Shown: piece by piece, positions 1-8,090 of the stretch
How the letters are laid out: each line of letters starts with the position of its first letter
Position numbering within the stretch: position 1 is the stretch's first letter
NCBI GenBank assembly: GCA_024709105.1
Contig: JANJXJ010000082.1
Span: forward strand, 1-16,455
Direction of reading: 5' to 3'
DNA from: Lentimicrobium sp.
GTDB lineage: Bacteria; Bacteroidota; Bacteroidia; Bacteroidales; Lentimicrobiaceae
DNA length: 16,455 nucleotides
The notes under the pieces: model-generated
Told to the model about the DNA's origin: nothing
What the model saw: the letters and a program-made list of their open reading frames with translations, nothing else
Databases searched by the model: none
Position numbers and translations under genes: made by a program

Positions 1-137
1 GGTAAATTCCGTTTAACAATTTCCCTTACGATAAACTCTCTTACAGAAAAATGGGTAAAACCCTTTTCTTTAACGAGATATTCAACGATTGTGCCTTTGC
101 CGGCGCCCAAAGTCCCTGTAATTCCGATGACTATCAT
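1..137 (-). CDS. P-loop nucleoside-monophosphate-kinase-like protein, 5' part only (gene runs off the window start)
   Basis: Reverse-strand ATG at 135-137. Translation is MIVIGITGTLGAGKGTIVEYLVKEKGFTHFSVREFIVREIVKRN... with a Walker-A GxxGAGKGT motif at the N-terminus, as in adenylate-kinase / dephospho-CoA-kinase type NMP kinases. The ORF is cut by the window edge, so it is absent from the supplied ORF track. Confidence 0.55.
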   Translation of the reverse strand, partial: MIVIGITGTLGAGKGTIVEYLVKEKGFTHFSVREFIVREIVKRNL

Positions 138-280
138 ACAGCAATTTTTCGGCAAAAGTAATGGTTTTGGCCTGAATTGGAGAGGTGTTGGTGTGAATTA
201 AACAAAGCCATTGCACGTGCAGACAAAAAGGAGGCATTTAAGCAGGTTAATTACTAAATTCGCAAGTCAAAACCAATGCA

Positions 281-751
281 ATGACAAACTCAGGTCAGGT
301 AAATATTATCAGAATAACGGACGAAGACAGGCAGCACATGCAAGTTTCAAGGCAAATACGTTACCAGGTATTTGTTGAAGAACAGCATGTGCCCGAGGAA
401 CTCGAGTATGATGAATACGAATCTTCGAGCCACCATTATCTGCTGTTTGCTGATGGCAAAGGAGCAGCAACCTGCCGCTGGCGCGAAACCTCAGGTGGCA
501 TCAAGCTGGAGCGGTTTGCTGTACTTTCCGTGCACAGAGGCAAAGGATTTGGAGCGCTTATGCTGCAGCATCTACTGGATGAGGTTATCCCAATGAACAG
601 GAAAATTTACCTGCATGCCCAGGTGCAGGTGTGTGATTTTTACTCAAAATATGGATTTGCAAAAGAGGGCGAAAGATTTGAAGAAGCCGGTATTCAGCAC
701 TTTAAGATGAGTTATATCAACAGACTCTCTGATCCTAATAACAATGAGTAA
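281..751 (+). CDS. GNAT-family N-acetyltransferase
   Basis: 156-aa ORF. Acetyl-CoA binding motif A (R/Q-x-x-G-x-G/A) is present as ...FAVLSVHRGKGFGALMLQHLL.... The size of about 150 aa is typical of single-domain GNATs. Confidence 0.8.
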   Translation: MTNSGQVNIIRITDEDRQHMQVSRQIRYQVFVEEQHVPEELEYDEYESSSHHYLLFADGKGAATCRWRETSGGIKLERFAVLSVHRGKGFGALMLQHLLDEVIPMNRKIYLHAQVQVCDFYSKYGFAKEGERFEEAGIQHFKMSYINRLSDPNNNE

Positions 752-759
752 ATCTGTTC

Positions 760-789
760 ACCAGAAAATTTCATGGATTTCTCTGGTGT
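760..789. terminator. Candidate bidirectional hairpin between convergent GNAT and PHP-phosphatase genes
   Basis: CACCAGA (760-766) pairs with TCTGGTG (783-789) around a 16-nt loop, followed by T-rich tract tatttattttcat. It lies in the 89-bp gap between two convergent stop codons (751 and 841). Confidence 0.35.
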
Positions 790-840
790 AATCAGGTATT
801 TATTTTCATATGATTACATTTGGCACTGACAATATTGATT

Positions 841-1686
841 TTAAATCGCAATCTCCTTCCACACCTTCTTATCCAGGTAAAAGCAGGACTTTATCCCACA
901 ATCTTTCATAATTTCTTTGGCTTCGTTAAACCACAGGCTTATTTCGCCGGGCTGATGGGCATCGCTGCTCAATGTAACGGGTATTGCTTTATTGCTCAGT
1001 TGTTTAAGTATATATTCCCCCGGGAACAGACTGCTGCTGCGGCCTTTGTAGATGCCACGGGTATTAACTTCAACAATAAGATTCTTTTCGGAAATAAGAG
1101 AAAGGGTTTCATCAATCAAACCGGTGTACCATCCGGCGTTTTCGTCGAACAAACGGCCCTGGTTATGCATTTTTATTTTGTCGAGATGGCCTACAATGTC
1201 AAAGGTTTCCTGCTCAACCATCTGATTGATCTGATGCCAGTATGCAGTTACTCCGGCTTTAATATCGCCAGCGAAAATATCATTTAAACCCGAGTCATAG
1301 GTTTCGCGGCGGGGACCGTCAATAAACCAGAGACGATCATCGGTTCCGTTTCTTACCAGATGCACACTCCCAATAACATAATCAAGGTTCAGTTCGTGTT
1401 TTAGCTGAGCAAATCCGGTGCACATATCCGGTACAAAATCGGCTTCAAGTGCCAGAAAAATATTTATTTCATTGCGGTATTCGGCTTTGAGGCGGTTGAT
1501 TTCAGACGCCCAGGCGATTTCTGTACCTGGTTTTAAAGCAAAGGTGTTCTCAAACGGAAGTACTGAGTGCTCCGAAAAGCCAAGGTCATCGAAACCCTGC
1601 CTGATTGCTTCCTGAACGTATTCTTCGGGAGCCGCTGAGCCGTCTGAGAAAAAGGAGTGTGTATGGTAATTAAAAAGTCTGGTCAT
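841..1686 (-). CDS. PHP-domain histidinol-phosphatase family phosphoesterase (HisJ-like)
   Basis: The ORF is open from 1725, but the likely start is the ATG at 1684-1686 (MTRLFNYHTHSFFSDGS...). The N-terminal HxH...D metal-binding motif is characteristic of PHP/HisJ family. At about 280 aa it matches HisJ-family size. The alternative upstream start at 1725 would add 13 aa and abut the U32 gene stop. Confidence 0.7.
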   Translation of the reverse strand: MTRLFNYHTHSFFSDGSAAPEEYVQEAIRQGFDDLGFSEHSVLPFENTFALKPGTEIAWASEINRLKAEYRNEINIFLALEADFVPDMCTGFAQLKHELNLDYVIGSVHLVRNGTDDRLWFIDGPRRETYDSGLNDIFAGDIKAGVTAYWHQINQMVEQETFDIVGHLDKIKMHNQGRLFDENAGWYTGLIDETLSLISEKNLIVEVNTRGIYKGRSSSLFPGEYILKQLSNKAIPVTLSSDAHQPGEISLWFNEAKEIMKDCGIKSCFYLDKKVWKEIAI

Positions 1687-1725
1687 TAATTTTAAGTTTG
1701 TTTCTGAATAAAATAACACAAGCAA

Positions 1726-2994
1726 TCAGTTTTTTTCCGATTGAACCTGAAACAGCGGATGACCGGCTTCTACAAGCAGATACACTTTATCGCCCCGGCG
1801 CAAAGTTTCGGAAGCAGCAATCGAGCAGTGCTCGCCTTTCTGTGCCTGTTCTACCACCTGCATTTCCACCCTCAGCTCCTGCACCCGGGCTTCATAAGCT
1901 CCGGTAGTTGGCCCGATTATCAGAATTTCATCACCCACACTTATGGAATGAGTTTCAACCTTGATTTCGGCTACATTGAGTTTTGAAAAGAAGTTTACTA
2001 CCTTGCCGACATATACTTTTTTCTGAGTTGCCTGAGAGCCATACCTTTCTGACCATTCACCTGTCTTTTCACCCAGGTAGTAACCGCCCCAGAATCCCCT
2101 GTTGTAAACCTTGCCCACTTCATGAGTCCATTGTTCAACATTCTCGCGGGTATATTGCCTTGATTTCCAAGCTTCAACCGCCTTATGATAAGTAAGTGTC
2201 ACCGTTTTTACATACTCAGCAGAACGGCCCCTGCCTTCAATCTTCAGTACACTGACTCCGGCATCAAGCAAGCGGTCAAGTATGGGAAGTGTCATCAGGT
2301 CTTTGGGCGACATAATGTATTTGTTGTCCACCTCAAGTTCAATCTGATTATCAGCATCTTTTACATGGTATGCTCTGCGGCAGGGCTGCAAACAAGCACC
2401 TCTGTTTGCTGAAGAGTTAAAATTATCAAGACTGATGTAGCATTTTCCTGAAACAGCCATACATAAAGCTCCGTGCACAAACACCTCAATCTGAACCAAA
2501 TTCCCTTTTGGACCGCGAATTTCCTGCTGTTCAATGGCTCTGGTGATAGCTGCAATCTGTTCGACACTCAGTTCACGGGCCAGCACCATTACATCAGCAT
2601 AATTCGCATAAAACTTTACTGCCTCAATGTTGGTGATATTGCATTGTGTTGAAATATGGATTTCAACCCCCTGCTTTCTGGCATACTCCAGCACCGACAG
2701 GTCGGATGCAATGATGGCAGTAACATCACTTTTTTTTGCGATATCAACCATTTCGCGCATCACCGGCAGTTCTTCGTCGTAGATGATGGTATTGAGGGTA
2801 AGGTAGGATTTTACGTTATGCTCCCGGCATATTTCTGCTATTTGCCTGATTTCGTCTGTTGAGAAGTTGCTTGACGATCTGGCGCGCATATTCAGCTGCC
2901 CTGCCCCAAAATATACCGAACCGGCACCACCCTGAATGGCTGCCATCAGCGAATCGAACGAGCCGGCCGGAGACATAATTTCTATTTCACGCAT
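1726..2994 (-). CDS. Peptidase-U32 family protein (PrtC/YegQ/TrhP-like) with conserved 4Fe-4S Cys motif
   Basis: 422 aa. The U32 signature E-x-F-x-H-G-A-L-C-x-A-x-S-G-x-C is present as EVFVHGALCMAVSGKCYIS. Four Cys spaced CX6CX15CX3C (CMAVSGKC...CLQPC) match the Fe-S ligands described for U32 hydroxylases. The N-terminus MREIEIMSPAGSFDSL is typical of the family. Confidence 0.85.
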   Translation of the reverse strand: MREIEIMSPAGSFDSLMAAIQGGAGSVYFGAGQLNMRARSSSNFSTDEIRQIAEICREHNVKSYLTLNTIIYDEELPVMREMVDIAKKSDVTAIIASDLSVLEYARKQGVEIHISTQCNITNIEAVKFYANYADVMVLARELSVEQIAAITRAIEQQEIRGPKGNLVQIEVFVHGALCMAVSGKCYISLDNFNSSANRGACLQPCRRAYHVKDADNQIELEVDNKYIMSPKDLMTLPILDRLLDAGVSVLKIEGRGRSAEYVKTVTLTYHKAVEAWKSRQYTRENVEQWTHEVGKVYNRGFWGGYYLGEKTGEWSERYGSQATQKKVYVGKVVNFFSKLNVAEIKVETHSISVGDEILIIGPTTGAYEARVQELRVEMQVVEQAQKGEHCSIAASETLRRGDKVYLLVEAGHPLFQVQSEKN

Positions 2995-3269
2995 TCCAAA
3001 AGTTTTTGCAAAGGTAATTCTTAGTTTTTTACCGGATACAATTCAAAATTAAACACAAAGCCATATGGTTTTTATTCAAATTAACTGCAAAATCAACAGA
3101 CTGACGGCAATAATCTTAGCAGAATTCCTTTTACATGGGCCGATTCAAGGGATTTTTGAGCTGTAAAATATTAATTTTCAATTTTCTCCAAAAAAAATCA
3201 ACTTACTTTTCCCGTTTTTTTAAATTATAATATATTAGCCTGCTTTTAACGACTACTCATAACTCTGCT

Positions 3270-5789
3270 GTGAAGAATCATACTTTTACCCATTCCCCTG
3301 TCAATGACATTTCCGGGCCAGGGTCAGAATACTATCAAAATGAGTATGCTGCCCTTGAAAGTGCTGTAAGGTCGTTTAATATGGCCGGCTTGATTATGGG
3401 AAGGTTTTTCATTAAAGATGCCAGCATTGTACATCATGAGATATTGTTTGAATACCCCGGGCCATCATGGTTAGAATCAGACCTGAATCTTCTCGCAAAG
3501 TATTTTGTGTCAAATGATTCTGAAGTATTTTGTGAAAGCAACGACAGCAATGGCAGTTCAATTTTTATTCTTCCGCTGCATTTGTCGAAAGAGCAGAATC
3601 AGTTTTTAAGCTGTTTTATTATCAAGGAAAATCAAGCTTTCAGCGACCTGGAGAAATCATGTTTTCAGCGCTTGAGCAATCTTATCGCAGAAACCATAAA
3701 CCTCAGAAAGAAAGAAGATCTTTATAAATACGAAAACTCAAAATACAGTCATTTGTTTTCGGCTGCGCCCGAAGCAATTGCAGTGCTTGACGACAACAAC
3801 CGCATTCTTGATGTTAATCCTGAATTTGAAAAACTGTTTTTATATAAAAAAGAAGAAATTACCGGCCTCAACCTCGACGAACTGATTGCTCCGGCCGATC
3901 ATCTTGACGAAGCCCGCACACTAACACGCAAAAACTGGGAAGGTCAAAAGGTAGCAATTGAAACTACCAGGTTGCGCCGCGACGGAAAAATTATTCATGT
4001 TTCCATTTTGGGCGTTCCTTTTGAACATGGCAACGGGCACTTCAGAGTTTTTGGAATTTACAGGGATATTTCCGATCGCATAGCAGCCGAAAAACAAAAG
4101 CAATCCCGCCTTGAACTCATTGAAAGCCTGAGCAAATTTTCAATTGAAATTATAAATTCTGAAAGTTCAGATGTTGACCCCATTATTGAAAAATTGCTTA
4201 AGGTAGTGGCCACTTCAAACCAGGCTGAAAGGGCTTACATTGTAAGGTACAGGGAAGCAGAGCACTTTGTTGAAATTACGCACGAGTGGGTTGATGATGC
4301 GGCGTATTCGCATAAAACCAGACAGCCTTTTATATCCGGCAATGAAATAAATAACTATCTGGCAAGTCTGAAAAAAGGTAATATTTACAACTTCACCAGA
4401 GCAGAAACCAAACAAATTGATGGAGCATCGGAAGTAGAGTTTTATATGGACCTGCTCAACATAGAGTCTCTGGTTAATATCCCGGTTTTTTCAGCACATA
4501 AGTTTTACGGTTATATTGGTCTCGACACTTACAGCAGGCCCGTAAAATGGGAAGAACAACACCTGAATGCGCTTAAACTTACCGGGCAAATCATACTCAG
4601 TGCCCTGGAGCGAAAACATACCGACGAAGCATTGCAGCAGGCTTTGCAACAGGCCAAAGCATCCGACAAACTTAAATCGGCATTTCTGGCAGGTATTTCG
4701 CACGAAATCAGAACACCGATGAATCATATCCTTGGATTTATCGAACTTCTCTCGGAACCCGATATCTCGCTGGCAGAAAAGGCTGATTTTATTGAAATCA
4801 TGAAGAGCAGTGGCATGCATTTGCTCAGGCTCATTGACGATGTTATTGAACTGGCCATGATTGATTCGGGGCAGGTTTCACTGAAAGAGGAGCGCTGCGA
4901 CCTGAACCGGTTCTTACAATCCATATTTCATGAAGCAGATGCTTTAAAGACAAATTACGGGAAAAATAACATAAAAATTATCCTCAGGAATAACCCTGTA
5001 TTGCGGCCTTCCATCTTTTTATCAGACGAATCGCGCCTGAGACAAATGGTAAGCAGCCTGATTTCGAATGCAGTTAAATTTACCGAAAACGGCAGTGTTG
5101 AGTTCTGGTGTAATATTATCGAAAATAAAACACTGGAGATAGTGGTGTCTGATACAGGAATTGGGATTGATCCGGCAGATCAGTCAGCTGTTTTCGACAG
5201 ATTTCACAGACTTGACAATAACCTCTCGCGGCAATTCGGCGGCGCGGGTTTAGGCCTTTGCATCAGCCAGAGTCTGGCCAAACTATTTGGAGGAAAAATA
5301 ACACTTGAATCTGTTCCCGGAAAAGGGTCAACCTTCAGCATAACCATACCTTACAAGCCATATTGCGCTCCTGTTTTTCAGGGAAGCAAAACCGCTCCCG
5401 GATTTCCTGTTTATAACTGGGCAGGCAAACACATTCTTATGGTTGAAGACGACCCGGTAAATATGAGGTTTCTTACTGTTCTTCTGCTTAAGACAAATGC
5501 CGTGCTGCATTATGCATCAAACGGACAGGAAGCCATTGAAATGGTTCAGAAACAGAGTTTTGATGTGGTGCTTATGGACATGGATCTTCCGCTGGTAAAC
5601 GGATTTGAGGCAACCCGGCAAATAAAAAACATGAGACCCGGGATTCCGGTAATAGCACAAACTGCCCATGCCATGAACGATGACCGCAAGGAGTGTATGG
5701 ATGCAGGCTGCGATGAGTTTATTGCAAAACCCATCGACAAAAATTTTCTTTATAAATCCATTGAAAGCTTCCTGAACCCTGCAGAATAA
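3270..5789 (+). CDS. Cytoplasmic hybrid sensor histidine kinase / response regulator (PAS-GAF-HisKA-HATPase_c-REC)
   Basis: 839-aa ORF. The H-box is SHEIRTPMNHILGFIELL. The HATPase N/G boxes are NAVKFT and DTGIGI...GGAGLGL. The C-terminal receiver is MVEDDPVNMRF...VVLMDMDLPLVNGFE...AKP, with a conserved Asp. PAS-like and GAF-like regions lie upstream. No hydrophobic TM segments were seen. The ORF has no ATG before codon 38: the track start is GTG at 3270, and the first ATG is at 3381. Confidence 0.85.
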   Translation: MKNHTFTHSPVNDISGPGSEYYQNEYAALESAVRSFNMAGLIMGRFFIKDASIVHHEILFEYPGPSWLESDLNLLAKYFVSNDSEVFCESNDSNGSSIFILPLHLSKEQNQFLSCFIIKENQAFSDLEKSCFQRLSNLIAETINLRKKEDLYKYENSKYSHLFSAAPEAIAVLDDNNRILDVNPEFEKLFLYKKEEITGLNLDELIAPADHLDEARTLTRKNWEGQKVAIETTRLRRDGKIIHVSILGVPFEHGNGHFRVFGIYRDISDRIAAEKQKQSRLELIESLSKFSIEIINSESSDVDPIIEKLLKVVATSNQAERAYIVRYREAEHFVEITHEWVDDAAYSHKTRQPFISGNEINNYLASLKKGNIYNFTRAETKQIDGASEVEFYMDLLNIESLVNIPVFSAHKFYGYIGLDTYSRPVKWEEQHLNALKLTGQIILSALERKHTDEALQQALQQAKASDKLKSAFLAGISHEIRTPMNHILGFIELLSEPDISLAEKADFIEIMKSSGMHLLRLIDDVIELAMIDSGQVSLKEERCDLNRFLQSIFHEADALKTNYGKNNIKIILRNNPVLRPSIFLSDESRLRQMVSSLISNAVKFTENGSVEFWCNIIENKTLEIVVSDTGIGIDPADQSAVFDRFHRLDNNLSRQFGGAGLGLCISQSLAKLFGGKITLESVPGKGSTFSITIPYKPYCAPVFQGSKTAPGFPVYNWAGKHILMVEDDPVNMRFLTVLLLKTNAVLHYASNGQEAIEMVQKQSFDVVLMDMDLPLVNGFEATRQIKNMRPGIPVIAQTAHAMNDDRKECMDAGCDEFIAKPIDKNFLYKSIESFLNPAE

Positions 5790-5791
5790 TA

Positions 5792-6241
5792 TCATGGGTT
5801 ATCAGATGCCAGCCATTCAGCCCACGACGATTTGGTTTCTCTTAGATTGAGCCCTGTTAATTTTACATTTTCAGGTAAAACAGCTTTTAAACGTGTCGCA
5901 AAATCAATCAGCATATTTTCGCTTGTGGGCGGATAATCAACCAAAATAAGCCTTCCTACAAAATCGCCCATAGTTTCGAGCTGATCGGGAGCAGTGGGGC
6001 GATGCAGCACCAGGGCATGGTCAAAATGCTGAATAATTTCATCTTCCACCAACCTTTTCAGGGCCTTAAAATCCATTACCATACCAAACAATGGCGAAGC
6101 CGGGTTTTGCTCAGGTTCTCCTGCGACAGTAACCAGCAATTCGTATGAATGTCCGTGAATATGTCTGCATGGCCCTTCATACCCTGCCAGGGCATGAGCC
6201 ATCTCAAACCTGAATTCTTTGGTTAACCTGATTACCGTCAT
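5792..6241 (-). CDS. queD: 6-carboxy-5,6,7,8-tetrahydropterin synthase (QueD / PTPS family)
   Basis: 149 aa with the Zn-binding CxxxHGH motif (EGPCRHIHGHSYEL). The start MTVIRLTKEFRFEMAHAL is typical of QueD/PTPS. It converges on the kinase stop with a 2-bp gap and sits 9 bp downstream of the nuclease gene. Confidence 0.8.
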   Translation of the reverse strand: MTVIRLTKEFRFEMAHALAGYEGPCRHIHGHSYELLVTVAGEPEQNPASPLFGMVMDFKALKRLVEDEIIQHFDHALVLHRPTAPDQLETMGDFVGRLILVDYPPTSENMLIDFATRLKAVLPENVKLTGLNLRETKSSWAEWLASDNP

Positions 6242-6250
6242 TGCAAGGCT

Positions 6251-7291
6251 TTATTTTACAATTCTTGCAAATGCAGGATTTTTACCTTCTTCTGTCAAAG
6301 AAATAATATAATATCCTTTTGATAATGCACTGGTATTTACCCGGATATGATCGGCTGTGGTTGAATAATCGGTAACAAAGGTCCGGCCGGTAATATCAGA
6401 GAATGTTACTGTAACGTTTTCGCTGTAGTAACCGCCGTGACTTATCGAGCAATCGTTAAGAGCAGGCACTGGATAAACTGTAATATTCCTGTTGATTTCC
6501 TGCTCGTTGGTTCCTGTGGGCCAGCCCCAGATGAGAGCGGCAAAATTGGGATTATCAATAAAAGGGTTGCGATTGTTCTGATAAGAATATACGGCATTGT
6601 TTCTGTTAATCTCTTTCTGACTCACAGGATCAGCCATATGCCAGTCGCGCATCAGAGCCAGCCCCCAGGGTTTAAGCTGAGCGCCATTGGTCATATCACT
6701 TCCCGGCCAGCTGCCGTCTTCGTTGTAATAGCGAACCGACATATAAAAATAGGTACGTGCAAAATCTCCCTTGTACTCATCAATAGGCTCAAAAACAGTT
6801 CCGCTGTATCCCGGATAGGTATTGTTACCAACCTTGCTTCCATTGTTTGAGGTGTAGGTGGCATTTCCCACCTCTCCGAAGGGATAATTGCTTCTGCGGT
6901 TATTTACATACCCATCGGTGGGATACAAATGAAAGAGATCTGAATTCATTGGTGCCTGATCCCCGAACCAGCTTTTTGGCCAGGAGTGTTCCCGGTTGTA
7001 ACAATCGCATTCGCTGTTATAATTGCCGCATTGGTCAGAAAAAAATGTCCAGGAACAATTGGAATACATGTCCCATACTTTTCCATTGGGTAATTTATCG
7101 GTATCTTCAAAAGCATTCCACAATCCCGAATAGCTTATAACATTGTGATTCTTGATAATATTGTGAAGCGCAGCCTGCAAAGCAGTGCCGCTGAGCCCGT
7201 TGGCCTGATTATAATATCCGGCAGGTGGCTGGGCATTGGTTAAACCCAATATCAGTAACAATCCCGAAAGCAACAGTAATTTACTCTTCAT
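6251..7291 (-). CDS. Secreted Endonuclease-I family (EndA/Vvn-like) DNase with T9SS C-terminal sorting domain
   Basis: The start is taken at MKSKLLLLSGLLLILGLTNAQ, a Sec signal peptide with ATG at 7289-7291; the ORF frame is open further up to 7483. The Endonuclease_1 catalytic motif is REHSWPKSW. A Cys-rich stretch CSWTFFSDQCGNYNSECDCYN fits periplasmic/extracellular disulfides. The C-terminal ~80 aa (...KGYYIISLTEEGKNPAFARIVK) resemble a Por/T9SS type-A CTD. Confidence 0.8.
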   Translation of the reverse strand: MKSKLLLLSGLLLILGLTNAQPPAGYYNQANGLSGTALQAALHNIIKNHNVISYSGLWNAFEDTDKLPNGKVWDMYSNCSWTFFSDQCGNYNSECDCYNREHSWPKSWFGDQAPMNSDLFHLYPTDGYVNNRRSNYPFGEVGNATYTSNNGSKVGNNTYPGYSGTVFEPIDEYKGDFARTYFYMSVRYYNEDGSWPGSDMTNGAQLKPWGLALMRDWHMADPVSQKEINRNNAVYSYQNNRNPFIDNPNFAALIWGWPTGTNEQEINRNITVYPVPALNDCSISHGGYYSENVTVTFSDITGRTFVTDYSTTADHIRVNTSALSKGYYIISLTEEGKNPAFARIVK

Positions 7292-7302
7292 GAAAACAGG
7301 TA

Positions 7303-7881
7303 TTAAAACAAAAGAAAAACTGAACGCAGTGCCACTGCTGCAACACCAACGCCCGAAATTAGAAAAAGACTTCGTATCTGAGGCTTGAGGCCAAACCTTT
7401 GTCCGGAAAACAGTCCGGAAACTACTGCCAGAACCTCGAAACCGAAAATCATTGCAAAACCAGAGCCCGGAACAACGATGCACAAGCCTGTTCCCAGGCC
7501 CGCAAAAAAGTAATTGAATCCACGGCTTAATGAAACAAGGAAAACCGTTTTGGCATCATCAACCAGTACAATTTTTTCCTCGGGGCTAAACCGTACCGAT
7601 TCCAGGATAAGTTTAAGGCCCGTAATTAAAATAACAGCAGCACCTGCAATACCGGCATTGAATGGCAACTTCCCGGCAAAAAAAACCGCTGAGAAATACC
7701 CTGCTGCAAAAAAAACAACATTAAAAACAGCAGAAACAGCAAGAAGATACGGAATCCTGATTCCGAGTTTTTTGTGCAGGGAGCCCGTGTACCACGAAGG
7801 TGCAAAACTGCCCAGTGCCAAAGCCAGGAAAAGAAATATAAGGACGGGGGTTTCCAATTGCCTAAAAATTTGAGGCAGCAA
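7303..7881 (-). CDS. Small polytopic membrane protein with internal two-fold repeat (MntP/DUF204- or LysE-like); TTG start
   Basis: 192-aa ORF made almost entirely of hydrophobic helices, roughly 6 TM. The two halves resemble each other (LALALGSFAPS... versus LVSLSRGFNYFFAGLG...). The ORF has no ATG until residue ~139, so the start must be TTG at 7879-7881 or TTG at 7855-7857. The stop lies 12 bp upstream of the nuclease start on the same strand. Confidence 0.55.
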   Translation of the reverse strand: MLPQIFRQLETPVLIFLFLALALGSFAPSWYTGSLHKKLGIRIPYLLAVSAVFNVVFFAAGYFSAVFFAGKLPFNAGIAGAAVILITGLKLILESVRFSPEEKIVLVDDAKTVFLVSLSRGFNYFFAGLGTGLCIVVPGSGFAMIFGFEVLAVVSGLFSGQRFGLKPQIRSLFLISGVGVAAVALRSVFLLF

Positions 7882-7935
7882 AAGTAGTTAAAAATGACAT
7901 GCTGTAGGCTCTTCCCCAAAAAAGGTGAGAAAATT

Positions 7936-7975
7936 CCAAAATATTTTGAACTTTAAACAACAATTATTTGTACAT
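7936..7975 (+). promoter_or_regulatory. Candidate Bacteroidota-type promoter for tRNA-Leu (-7 box TAcaTTTG)
   Basis: TACATTTG at 7968-7975 matches the Bacteroidetes sigma-A -7 consensus TAnnTTTG. It is 26 bp upstream of the mature tRNA 5' end. A TTG lies upstream at 7936-7938, but the spacing is longer than ideal. Confidence 0.4.
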
Positions 7976-8000
7976 TTGCAGCCCTTTTACAGGTTCTTTG

Positions 8001-8084
8001 GCCTCGGTGGCGGAATTGGTAGACGCGTCGGTCTCAAAAACCGATGAATGAGAGTTCGTGCCGGTTCGATCCCGGCCCGAGGTA
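8001..8084 (+). tRNA. tRNA-Leu (anticodon CAA), class II with long variable arm
   Basis: Manually folded. Acceptor is GCCTCGG/CCGAGGT (G1.U72 wobble), then U8 G9. The D-arm GCGGAATTGGTAGACGC is identical to canonical bacterial tRNA-Leu. Anticodon stem is TCGGT/ACCGA with loop cuCAAaa. The variable arm is 15 nt. T-arm is GCCGG-TTCGATC-CCGGC, the discriminator is A, and no CCA is encoded. Confidence 0.9.
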
Positions 8085-8090
8085 CAAGGC

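Noticed and set aside
228-234. AAGGAGG Shine-Dalgarno-like sequence upstream of the GNAT gene
   Set aside because: It is 46 nt upstream of the ATG, too far to act as an RBS. Bacteroidota largely lack SD-dependent initiation anyway.
820-1287. 155-aa + strand ORF overlapping the PHP phosphatase gene
   Set aside because: It is antisense to a CDS with a clear HxH PHP motif, and it has no domain similarity. The intergenic hairpin at 760-789 suggests transcription of the + strand gene ends before it.
3135-3228. About 30-codon ORF (MGRFKGFLSCKILIFNFLQKKSTYFSRFFKL) in the U32/kinase divergent spacer
   Set aside because: It is AT-rich promoter-region sequence with no conservation evidence available. 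It is most likely a chance ORF.
6437-7140. Two + strand ORFs (137 aa and 97 aa) antisense to the nuclease gene
   Set aside because: They have no start context or domain features. They are entirely inside a well-supported Endonuclease-I CDS on the other strand.
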